Source: an uncultured Halobacteriales archaeon (GTDB lineage: Archaea > Thermoplasmatota > E2 > JACPAO01 > JAHFTW01). From it: a DNA stretch of 64,000 bases. The stretch is taken from contig CAZVJB010000004.1 of the NCBI GenBank assembly GCA_964627625.1, forward strand, positions 3,995 to 67,994. The letters are read 5' to 3'. The translations under genes and the position numbers were made by a program. The notes beneath the pieces were generated by a model, which was given only the letters and a program-made list of their open reading frames with translations, did no database searches and was not told the origin of the DNA. Of the stretch, positions 46,355 to 55,050 are shown one piece after another. The stretch's first letter is position 1. Every line of letters begins with the position of its first letter.

Positions 46355-47497
46355 CTAAGGTGTAGCCGGAAACTCAATCCCGGACATCACATGCCGCTTG
46401 ATGGCATCGCGCTGCATCTGCGCTGTCTCGCCGACGAACTGCAACGCGCGCACATCGCGAGCGAACCGCTCCGTTCCGCCTTCGCGCATGAAGCCCGTGC
46501 CGCCCTGCACGCGAATCGCCTGCCGCGTCATGGGCACGGCCATCTCGGCGCAAAACGCCTTCGCGCGGGCCGCCCAAACGCCCGCATCCGCTTCGCCGAT
46601 GCGGGCGGCCGCGGTGCGCACAAGGCTGCGACCCGCGGCAAGCTGCATGTCCATCATCGCAAGCCCGTCTGAGACGGCTTGGTATGTGCCGATGGGCGCA
46701 TTGAATTGCCGCCGCGATTCGGCAAACCGCGCGGCGGCGTCAAGCGCGCCGGCAACGCAGCCGCACAAGGCCGCGGCTGCACCGAGTTGCAGCCAGCGGC
46801 GCGCTTGTTCGGCCAGTGCGCCGCCTTGGCCGCTCTGGCCGATGAGAGCCGTTTCGGGCAGTTGCACGTCGTAGAGGTAGACGGTGCGGATGCCGCTGGC
46901 GCGCAATCCCAAGAGGGGTTCGTTCTCGCCCAGGTTGACACCGGCTTGGCCCGCAGGCACGTGAAACAAGGTCGGCCCGCCGCCGACGCCCGCCTTATCG
47001 CGACTTGCGGCCAAGTTGGCCAGCACCAAGAAATGCTTCGCCCCGGATGCATGGATGCCCCAGACTTTCTGGCCGGTGAGGGTGTAGCCCCCCGGCGTGC
47101 GCGTCGCCGTCGTGCCTGGGTGCAGTATGTCGGACCCCATGGCTTCCTCGGCGACAAGCCAGGCCGCAAGCTCACCCGCTAATAGTTGGCCCGCGATGGC
47201 ATGCCCGGCTGCGGAGGCCGCGGCGAGGGCCGTGTTGTGAACCGTGAGAATGGCGGCAGCGCTCGCGTCGACTTGGGCCAATTCGTCGATGGCGAGCACA
47301 AAGGCGCTGGCGCCAAGGCCGGACGCCGCGTCGGAAAATGCGGCAAGACCCAATTGCACGGCGTCGGCCAGCACGGCTTCGGGGACGCGGTCGAAACGAT
47401 CGGCCTGCGCGGCCGCTGCCAAGGTAATCCGGGTCTGGGCGAACTCGCGCACCACTTTCTGGATGGCAAGTTCATCCTCGGAGAGCGCGTAGGGCAT
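46355..47497 (-). CDS. Acyl-CoA dehydrogenase
   Basis: 380-aa ACAD fold (N-terminal alpha, middle beta, C-terminal alpha; ...GGTGFMREGGTERFARD... C-terminal catalytic region). Start at internal ATG 47497; the upstream 317 aa of the track ORF is antisense to msrB and was rejected. Confidence 0.8.
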   Translation of the reverse strand: MPYALSEDELAIQKVVREFAQTRITLAAAAQADRFDRVPEAVLADAVQLGLAAFSDAASGLGASAFVLAIDELAQVDASAAAILTVHNTALAAASAAGHAIAGQLLAGELAAWLVAEEAMGSDILHPGTTATRTPGGYTLTGQKVWGIHASGAKHFLVLANLAASRDKAGVGGGPTLFHVPAGQAGVNLGENEPLLGLRASGIRTVYLYDVQLPETALIGQSGQGGALAEQARRWLQLGAAAALCGCVAGALDAAARFAESRRQFNAPIGTYQAVSDGLAMMDMQLAAGRSLVRTAAARIGEADAGVWAARAKAFCAEMAVPMTRQAIRVQGGTGFMREGGTERFARDVRALQFVGETAQMQRDAIKRHVMSGIEFPATP

Positions 47498-47599
47498 GCG
47501 GGTCAGTTGTGGATGGGTGCCGGCCCGATAGCCCTTGCTGCCGCGGCGACGTTGTGCCCCTGAGGAAAACCGTTCAAACAACCCACGGCATGCTCCCGC

Positions 47600-48058
47600 A
47601 TGGCCAAGCAACCCGACTCCGCCGCCCCCTCCGCCCCCGCCCCCGCCTATGCCGACGCCTCCTCTCCGAGCGCTGCCCAAGACGCCGCGTGGAAGGAGAA
47701 ACTCACCAAAGAGCAGTACGAGGTGACCCGATGTTCCGCGACGGAACGGCCGTTTACCGGAAAATATTGGAACCACAAAGGCGTCGGGATGTACAAGTGC
47801 ATCTGCTGCGGCGAGTCGCTGTTCAAGTCCGACACGAAGTTCGACTCCGGCACCGGCTGGCCAAGTTTCTGGGCTTCCGTCGACAAAAGCAAAGTGAAAG
47901 AAATCGAAGACCGCGAATACGGCATGGTGCGCACGGAGGTTCGGTGCGCCAAATGCGACGCACACCTTGGCCACCTGTTCGACGACGGGCCGGACCCGAG
48001 CGGGAACCGGTACTGCATCAACAGCGCAAGTTTGGAGTTTGATGGGAAAGAGAAGTAG
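47600..48058 (+). CDS. msrB: Peptide methionine-(R)-sulfoxide reductase MsrB
   Basis: CxxC...CxxC zinc sites (CICCGESLF; [16 protein letters not shown]) and RYCINSASL catalytic Cys. Confidence 0.85.
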   Translation: MAKQPDSAAPSAPAPAYADASSPSAAQDAAWKEKLTKEQYEVTRCSATERPFTGKYWNHKGVGMYKCICCGESLFKSDTKFDSGTGWPSFWASVDKSKVKEIEDREYGMVRTEVRCAKCDAHLGHLFDDGPDPSGNRYCINSASLEFDGKEK

Positions 48059-48141
48059 GGCCCGGGCAGGGTTTTCGGCTACGACTGTAGCTTCGTGGTG
48101 GGCGTAAGAGGCAAACCGAACAGCGAGGAGCGTTGAGATTT

Positions 48142-49044
48142 TCAGGCGCCAAATCCGCAGGATTGACATTTGGGTTTGGCGTTGCCCGCGACGGTCACCA
48201 CTGCCTTGCATCGTGGACACGACAAGCGGCGAAACGCAGGTGTCGGGGCGATGCGCATCGGCGCAGAGGCGGGGGCGGAGCTGGTGCTTTGCTCCAGTGT
48301 GGGCATCATGGGACGGCGCGCCCGCTCCCAAATCTGGCGACGACGTTCCGCAATCGCGCCGGCCTGCTGCTGGAAGGTTTGGCTGCTGCCCTGGCGCATG
48401 ATGCGCCGGACGGTCCAGAAGATTCCCAGCGGGAAGAAGAACAGCCACGCTGCTACCAAGGCCCCGTTAGATTCCTGACGGGGAGGGGCGGGCGGTTGCA
48501 GGGAGTTGTATTCCCGTTCCAGCTCGCGTTTTTGGTCAAGTCCGGCGGCTTGCCACGACCTCTGGAAATGGAGCTTCACGAAGTGGTCATATGTCACGGT
48601 TCTACGGGCGGCCATGCGCGCCAATCCATACCCACTCTCCGTGCCTGCGCCTCGCCGCCCGGCCTCCCCGGCGAGGCGAAGCATGGCACGCCCCGCCGAT
48701 TCGGGGGCATAATGTAACGGTCCCACGACCTCCTGACGCGAAGCCAGGGACCATCCCCAAGCCTCCATTTCTTGGATTGTCGGATTCTCGGCGTGCGGCG
48801 GAACGCTCACAACCTTGGACTCGACCGGCTCCACGGTTCGGACACGTTGGACCCGGTTTATCGGCCTTCCGCGAGACCAGAGAGGAAAAGAAGCAAAAGT
48901 AGAACCTGGGGGGCCCCTCCGGCTCATGGTCACGAATCGACATTGCCAAAATCTGGCTTCTCTCGCTTCGCGCCAGCAGGGGGACTCGTCCGCGTACTTT
49001 GCGCAGTCTGCGGTACCATCGGGGCGCGGCGGCTTGCAACGCAC
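48142..49044 (-). CDS. Hypothetical protein with one TM and C-terminal zinc ribbon
   Basis: CPRCKAVVTVAGNAKPKCQSCG at the C-terminus; weakly coding-like N-terminus; start uncertain. Confidence 0.3.
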   Translation of the reverse strand: MRCKPPRPDGTADCAKYADESPCWREAREARFWQCRFVTMSRRGPPGSTFASFPLWSRGRPINRVQRVRTVEPVESKVVSVPPHAENPTIQEMEAWGWSLASRQEVVGPLHYAPESAGRAMLRLAGEAGRRGAGTESGYGLARMAARRTVTYDHFVKLHFQRSWQAAGLDQKRELEREYNSLQPPAPPRQESNGALVAAWLFFFPLGIFWTVRRIMRQGSSQTFQQQAGAIAERRRQIWERARRPMMPTLEQSTSSAPASAPMRIAPTPAFRRLSCPRCKAVVTVAGNAKPKCQSCGFGA

Positions 49045-49083
49045 GACAACTTCGGGACCGCATCAGAGGTTCTGCAACCACTT

Positions 49084-50166
49084 CTAGTCTGGCTTCAGCC
49101 GGTACTTGGTCCCACGACGCACTCCTTCGCGTTCAAGAACGCCGACTTCGACGAGTGTTGCCAAGTCGCGTTGTACGCTGCGCTCTGGTATGTGCGGGAT
49201 GGCTGCGTGCACGTCGCTGAACTTGACGCGGCGCGCCTTGTTCCAGCTCTGAATGCGTACGAACCACTCGACGAGTGCGTGCTGGCGCTCGGTAAGATTC
49301 GGGTGGTCGCGTTGGATGTGGAAGCGGCGCACGGCATCATAGTAGGTCTGCCCGAGCACGGTGAAAAGGTAGCCGACCCATGGTGTGTAGTCGTACCCGT
49401 TGCGCTCCACCAAGGAGAGGTTCCGGTAGTAGGGATCCCGATCAGCGTTGAACGTGTAATCCACCTGGGCATAGCGGATTCCCTTGTACCCCTGCGCGTG
49501 CAGGAACCAGGTGAACAGGGCGCGTCCGGTGCGTCCGTTTCCGTCGGGGAAGGGATGGATGCCTTGGAATTCGTGGAAAAAGAGTGCGGCCCGGAAAATG
49601 GGCGGAAGCGGTGCCTCGTGGAGCCAGTCGAGCGCCGCCTGGAGTTCCTTGGTCGTTGACCTTGGAGGGCTCGGGATAAAAATGACGACCTTCGTCCTGC
49701 TGCTGCCGATGAAGTTCTGGGTGTGCTTGATTCGGCCACGCTGCTTGAGAACGCCTTCAAAGAGGCGGGCATGGAGATGGCACACGTCATCGACCGTGCG
49801 GGGAAAGGGTCCGGCGAGTTCCTTCATGAAGGAGGCCCAATTCAGAATCTCCCGTTCATCCGGCTCTGGGTCCAGGGCGCCAGGCGCCGCCTCCAGGAGC
49901 GACTCTACGTCCTGAAGCGTCAGGGGATTGCCTTCGATGCTGGCGGTCCCGTAGGCGTTACGGGCCAGCGCGCGACGCAAGAGCCGGTGCGCGGCCTCGC
50001 TCGTCGCCTCGTAGTGGTGGAGGTCCTGGTCCAGCCGTTCGATGCGGCGTGCCTGGTCCAAAAGCCTCTGGCTTTGCTTGAACCGCGGCTGGAACCCCTT
50101 GGGATTGCGGCGCGCCGTCTCGGGGGTGACCCGGTAGGGCAGGAAGGGGTTATGCGCCATCAGCAA
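49084..50166 (-). CDS. Fic family protein (AMPylator / Fic-DOC) with C-terminal winged helix
   Basis: HPFPDGNGRTGR Fic motif; C-terminal wHTH-like. Confidence 0.8.
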   Translation of the reverse strand: MLMAHNPFLPYRVTPETARRNPKGFQPRFKQSQRLLDQARRIERLDQDLHHYEATSEAAHRLLRRALARNAYGTASIEGNPLTLQDVESLLEAAPGALDPEPDEREILNWASFMKELAGPFPRTVDDVCHLHARLFEGVLKQRGRIKHTQNFIGSSRTKVVIFIPSPPRSTTKELQAALDWLHEAPLPPIFRAALFFHEFQGIHPFPDGNGRTGRALFTWFLHAQGYKGIRYAQVDYTFNADRDPYYRNLSLVERNGYDYTPWVGYLFTVLGQTYYDAVRRFHIQRDHPNLTERQHALVEWFVRIQSWNKARRVKFSDVHAAIPHIPERSVQRDLATLVEVGVLEREGVRRGTKYRLKPD

Positions 50167-50313
50167 ACAGAATATGGCGCATAACTACTTCAAAGTGGCG
50201 AATAACTGGCGGAAACGCCGTCAGCCACACCGCTCTTGCGACGTGGTCTTCGCCCCAGGCGTTGACCATGCCGTCCTTCGGACACGGGACCGCTGGGAAG
50301 GGGTTTGAAAACC

Positions 50314-50775
50314 CTACTCCAGTTCCGCCACAACTTCCACTTCAAACGGCACGTTGAACGGTAACTCCGCAACGCCGATGCTGCTGCGCGCGTGCTTGCC
50401 CTTCTCTCCGAACGCCAGAACGAAAAGCTCGCTTGCGCCGTTTGCAACAACGTGGACGTCCGTGAAGCCCGGGCTTGCGGCCGTGAAATTCACGGTCTTG
50501 AGGATACGCACTTTGTCCAACTTGCCGCCAGACGCTTCCTTCAGGATTGCAATGGCGTTGAGTGCGCAGACACGAGCTAGTGCTTGCGCGTCCACCACGC
50601 TTACGTCCTTGGCAACTTTCCCCGTACGGATTGCCTTGCCATCGACCAGCGGCACTTGGCCTGAGACGTAAACAATCTTGCCCGCGCGCGTCCACGGGAC
50701 ATAGGTGGCTGCTGGCTTCGGCGGCATGGGAATCTGGTGACCTGCCGCGGCAAGGCGCTTCTCGACGTCGCTCAT
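50314..50775 (-). CDS. RidA/YjgF/TdcF family protein
   Basis: YjgF-like pattern (...IVYVSGQVP...; ...ARSSIGVAELP...); start at internal Met MSDVEK. Confidence 0.65.
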   Translation of the reverse strand: MSDVEKRLAAAGHQIPMPPKPAATYVPWTRAGKIVYVSGQVPLVDGKAIRTGKVAKDVSVVDAQALARVCALNAIAILKEASGGKLDKVRILKTVNFTAASPGFTDVHVVANGASELFVLAFGEKGKHARSSIGVAELPFNVPFEVEVVAELE

Positions 50776-50895
50776 GGGCCCAGGAGACCATCCCACAATC
50801 ATGAAGCCAGCGGCGCATTTGGCAAAGCCGGTCTCGCGTGGTTTCGGCTTGCAACCCCCGTAAAGGTTATCCAAGGCCGGCCTGCATCGACCGGC

Positions 50896-52536
50896 ATGCG
50901 TGGCGTCCTGGTTGCGGTTCTCCTATTGACCGTCATGATGTTTTCCGGCTGCACCGGCGACGTCGGAAGCGACTTTGCCCCAATCGCTAGTGCCGACTGG
51001 AAACCGGGATACCAATTCACCACCGCTGTTGAAATGCAAGGCTCCTTTGTCGGAAAGATGTACGTGGACGGCAACCTCATGATGGACGAAGCCGAATCCA
51101 TTGGTCCGGAAACAGCCCCCGGAACGTCGCTGACGGTCCTGTCAACGACGATGCGCGACGGCGACGTGCCCATGTACCTCGTGCGCGCCCAACCGGGCCC
51201 CGATGACGGGGGTTATCTCATGGGCATCCGGCAAGAAGACTTGCTGGTGCGCATGGTCGATTTGAATCAACTGGCCGGCTGCTTGCCTTCCTGCACGAGC
51301 TTGAGTTTCCTGTCCCCGACCCAGCCCGAGCACGCGCTGATCAAGTTCCCGCTGGCACGCGGCATGACATGGACGACCGAGATCCCGGTCGAGGACGCCC
51401 CGATGGGAATCGGCGACACGTGGGCCATCACCTCGCGCGTCCAGGGGATGCAGACGATTGCCAGCAAATTCGGACCCGTCGAGGCCGTGCGTATCGAACA
51501 CACGATTGAGATTCCCGACCTCGAGGAGTTGGAGCGCCGCATCGAGCAGGAAGGCCGTGCAGCGGGCGTCAAGAACGCTCAAGTCAATTTCGAGTTTTCG
51601 GGTTCGCTTGCTTCGCACTTCGCTCCTTCCCTGCATGCAATCGTGCAAACCGAGTTGCAGGTGACCTTCTCTATCCAGATGTCCGGCACGGACCCAGATG
51701 GCAGCCGCATGAGCGGCGACATCCACGGCGACATGCGCGTCACCGAAAAACTCACCGAGGCCCTGCTGGTTGAAACCCCCGAGCTCTCGCTCGCCGAAAT
51801 TCTCGGGGTCGATGTAACACCCGACCCCGTAATCGTGCCTCCCCCGCCGGAGATTCCGTCCGCAATCGGCATCGCCGTGCGCGCGGACAAGAGCGACCTC
51901 AACGCAGCCGACTCGCCAAACGTCATGTTCCGGATTGAATCCAAGTTGGCGCCCGCGGCTGGAGACCGAATCTTTTTGCGCCTCGTCAACGCCCTTGGCG
52001 AAACCATTGCAGCGAAGGAAGGCACGAGTCTCGACTACACATTCGAAGAAATGGGCGCATACAGCGCCGTCGCCGAGCACATGTCCAACGGCGAATTGGT
52101 CGGCCGCGATGTCCTACCAATCCCCGTGCGTTACGAAGCCGACCACGAACTGCTGTGCGGCGTTGTAGTTTGGGACGTCAGGTCGTGCGAGCCGCTGCCA
52201 ATCCCAGTCCGCGTCGGCATCGCCAGCCTCGAAATCGAGGCAGTCCACCGCCTCGTGCCGCTGCCGTTGGCTCGACTCGTCCTGAGCGACACGACGGGCG
52301 AGACCGTCGCAGGGACCACGTTTGATGGCGCGTCCGCAACCATTGCGATGACCGCCTTCACCGAGACCATGTTCGGCACGGATTGGAACCTGCAGTACGA
52401 CACCGTGGCCGGCGTCAACGAGGCCCTTGATGTCCATGTCACGCTGCTACCTTACACCGGTGCGCCGAAGACCATCACCGAACAGGCCATGAACTTGCTG
52501 CACAGGATGCCCACGCCGCATCTTTGGCTGGACTGA
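50896..52536 (+). CDS. Large secreted lipoprotein, function unknown
   Basis: MRGVLVAVLLLTVMMFSGC lipobox; 546 aa globular; start at internal ATG 50896. Confidence 0.55.
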   Translation: MRGVLVAVLLLTVMMFSGCTGDVGSDFAPIASADWKPGYQFTTAVEMQGSFVGKMYVDGNLMMDEAESIGPETAPGTSLTVLSTTMRDGDVPMYLVRAQPGPDDGGYLMGIRQEDLLVRMVDLNQLAGCLPSCTSLSFLSPTQPEHALIKFPLARGMTWTTEIPVEDAPMGIGDTWAITSRVQGMQTIASKFGPVEAVRIEHTIEIPDLEELERRIEQEGRAAGVKNAQVNFEFSGSLASHFAPSLHAIVQTELQVTFSIQMSGTDPDGSRMSGDIHGDMRVTEKLTEALLVETPELSLAEILGVDVTPDPVIVPPPPEIPSAIGIAVRADKSDLNAADSPNVMFRIESKLAPAAGDRIFLRLVNALGETIAAKEGTSLDYTFEEMGAYSAVAEHMSNGELVGRDVLPIPVRYEADHELLCGVVVWDVRSCEPLPIPVRVGIASLEIEAVHRLVPLPLARLVLSDTTGETVAGTTFDGASATIAMTAFTETMFGTDWNLQYDTVAGVNEALDVHVTLLPYTGAPKTITEQAMNLLHRMPTPHLWLD

Positions 52537-52573
52537 ACGGTTTTTGACGGGGGCCCCCGTCGCCGCGCTGTCC

Positions 52574-53338
52574 ATGACCCGAATCGCAGTCCTCGTCAAG
52601 ATGGCGCCGGACGTCACACAACTCAAGATTGACCCAGCAACGCAGGCGCCACGCATGGAGGGCCTTCCTTGGAAGGTCTCCGACTTCGACAAGAACGCCA
52701 TCGAGGCCGCCGTCCGGCTGAAAGAAAAGGGTCAAGCGACCAAAATCACCGCCTACACCTTCAACGGCGGACCAAATGCCATGAATCTCATCAAGGAGCC
52801 GCTGGCGATGGGTTGCGACGAAGCCGTCGTCATCACTGGACCTGACACCGACGGCATCGGCATTGCCCGCGTGCTTGCCGAGGCCATCAAGAAGGATGGC
52901 GCCGATCTCGTGTTTGCCGGCGAAGTCTCCATCGACCGCGTCCAAGGCGAGATTGGCCCGCGCGTCGCAGCACTCCTTGGCATGCCGAGCCTGGCAAACG
53001 CGCAGGAAATTCTCGGCGTCGAAGGCGGCAGAATCAAGGCGACCCGAGCTGGCGACCCGGACGAGACCGTCGACGTGCCGATGCCTTGCGCTGCCACCTT
53101 CAATGACGAGGCAAACCGGCCGCGCCTTCCGGCTCTCATGCAAATCCTGTCCGCAGGGAAAAAGCCAATCCGCCAAACCAAGACATCGGACCTCGGCATC
53201 GCGGACGCGCTACTTGCTCGCCGGATGGCCATGACGAGCAACAAGGCGCCCAAGCAAGAACGAAAAAACATCCTCTTCACCGGTGCAGACGCTGCCGAAC
53301 AGTTGGCCGCAGCACTGCGCAAGGAAGGTGTGGCATGA
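52574..53338 (+). CDS. etfB: Electron transfer flavoprotein beta subunit
   Basis: MTRIAVLVKMAPD... EtfB N-terminus, about 255 aa. Confidence 0.85.
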   Translation: MTRIAVLVKMAPDVTQLKIDPATQAPRMEGLPWKVSDFDKNAIEAAVRLKEKGQATKITAYTFNGGPNAMNLIKEPLAMGCDEAVVITGPDTDGIGIARVLAEAIKKDGADLVFAGEVSIDRVQGEIGPRVAALLGMPSLANAQEILGVEGGRIKATRAGDPDETVDVPMPCAATFNDEANRPRLPALMQILSAGKKPIRQTKTSDLGIADALLARRMAMTSNKAPKQERKNILFTGADAAEQLAAALRKEGVA

Positions 53339-54183
53339 GCACCATACTTGTCTGGTCGGATGATGCGAAATTGCTTGCCCAACTGGCAGGCAAAGCCGCG
53401 ACACTCGGGGCGGCACAGGCCTTCGATTCGACGGGGCTGCCTGACCAGGATTCCACTACCCTTGCCCTCGGCCTTGCCTCGGCTGCCAATGCGACCGACG
53501 CGCAACTCATCATGATTGGCGCCACGAAGAAAGGCAAGGATATCGGACCCCGGCTTGCCGCGCACCTCGACTTGCCTTACGCCGCAGAGGTCCAGGAAAT
53601 CTCCGCCGACGGCGGGTGGATCGTAGCGCGAATGGTTCTTTCGGGCAATTCACGAGCCACCTACACGCTGGGGCCGCGCGCCGTCGTGTCGGCAAACCCC
53701 AAAACGTTCGAGGCCGGCGCCGCGGCTGCGGCAACGGTCGGGGCGACCGGCATCGCCGCAAGCCCGGTCAAAGTCGTCGGGAAAAAGGAAAAGCCGCACA
53801 GCGACTTTGACCTCGGCTCGGCGCTCGTCGTAATCGGCGTCGGACGCGGCTTCAAACAGCAGGCGGACATCAAACTCGCCGACGAATTGGCCAAATGTTT
53901 TCCTGGCGGCGCCGTCGGCTGCAGCCGACCAATTGCTGCCGACCTGAAGTGGCTAGGCGAGGAGCACTGGATTGGACTTTCGGGTCATGCCATCAAGCCC
54001 AAGGCGTACATCGCGTGCGGCGTGTCTGGCCAGATTCAACACGTCGCCGGGATTCGCGGCGCCAAGCTAATCGTCGCCATCAACACCAACAAGGAGGCCC
54101 CCATTTTCCAGGTCGCCGACTACGGCGTGATTGGCGACCTTTACCAGGTCATTCCTAAGCTTGTGGCCAGCCTCAAGCAGTGA
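53335..54183 (+). CDS. etfA: Electron transfer flavoprotein alpha subunit (short form)
   Basis: ATGA overlap with etfB; FAD-binding C-terminal region (LSGHAIKPKAYIACGVSGQIQHVAG). Confidence 0.85.
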   Translation: MSTILVWSDDAKLLAQLAGKAATLGAAQAFDSTGLPDQDSTTLALGLASAANATDAQLIMIGATKKGKDIGPRLAAHLDLPYAAEVQEISADGGWIVARMVLSGNSRATYTLGPRAVVSANPKTFEAGAAAAATVGATGIAASPVKVVGKKEKPHSDFDLGSALVVIGVGRGFKQQADIKLADELAKCFPGGAVGCSRPIAADLKWLGEEHWIGLSGHAIKPKAYIACGVSGQIQHVAGIRGAKLIVAINTNKEAPIFQVADYGVIGDLYQVIPKLVASLKQ

Positions 54184-54950
54184 ATCTCGCCAATAAACCT
54201 AAGGCGGGGACGGCGCGTGTCCATGCCGTGCGTGTTGTCCCGTTCGTCGCCATCCTACTCGTGCTGCCGTTCTCGGGCTGCCTCGACTTCGGCAGCCACC
54301 GCGTCACGGCGACAGACTACCTGCAAGGTGATTACGGCAAGTGGCTCGTCGAAATTGATTCGTCCTCGGGCTCCCGGCCGGACGCGAGCCTCCTTACGTT
54401 CCTCGACAACCGTTTGACGCCGCTTGTCAACAAACCGAGCGGCATCGAGTTCTACTCAGATGATGCCCTGTCGTCAAGCCAGGCCGCGTGGGACGACGGC
54501 CAAATATTGGATTACGCGAAGTCGCACCGCAGCTTTTCGACGGGGGGAGACCAAGTCGTGACCCATCTCATGTTCCTCTCGGGCCACTACGCCGGCGATA
54601 CCGGCCAAGGCAAGGTGCTCGGCATTGCCTTCGACCACGACCTTATCGTCATGTTCCCAGAAACCATCAAAGGGAGCTGCACAATCACCAATTTCTGTAC
54701 GGATGCGGCGCCAATCATGCGCGCTGCGACCCTGCATGAATTCGGCCACGCCCTTGGCCTCGTCAACCACGGCATCGGCATGGTAACCCCGCACGAGGAC
54801 TCCGGGCATCCCGGACATTCCAGCAACCAGCGGTCGGTCATGTACTGGGCCGTCGAGACCAGCAATATCGTGGCGTTACTTGGCGGCGGCATCCCGGAGG
54901 ACTTCGATGCCAACGACCGGGCGGACATGCGCGCCGCCGGCGGCCAGTAG
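54180..54950 (+). CDS. Secreted lipoprotein zinc metalloprotease (metzincin-like HEFGHALGL...H with SVMY Met-turn)
   Basis: Lipobox LPFSGC; HEFGHALGLVNHG zinc-binding motif and downstream SVMY. GTGA overlap with the etfA stop. Confidence 0.6.
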   Translation: MNLANKPKAGTARVHAVRVVPFVAILLVLPFSGCLDFGSHRVTATDYLQGDYGKWLVEIDSSSGSRPDASLLTFLDNRLTPLVNKPSGIEFYSDDALSSSQAAWDDGQILDYAKSHRSFSTGGDQVVTHLMFLSGHYAGDTGQGKVLGIAFDHDLIVMFPETIKGSCTITNFCTDAAPIMRAATLHEFGHALGLVNHGIGMVTPHEDSGHPGHSSNQRSVMYWAVETSNIVALLGGGIPEDFDANDRADMRAAGGQ

Positions 54951-55050
54951 GCGGCCTCCCCATCGGCACACCTAAGGCGATGGTTCGGCTGGCAAGCCCG
55001 TGGAATGCGTCCCGAAGCCGGACGCCCCGTGCCGGGCGAACCTCGACCTC

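Noticed and set aside
47497-48448. N-terminal 317 aa of the 697-aa minus ORF (46355-48448), including a poly-Gly run
   Set aside because: Antisense to msrB (a confidently identified + strand gene) and compositionally nonsense. The real acyl-CoA dehydrogenase begins at the internal ATG 47497.
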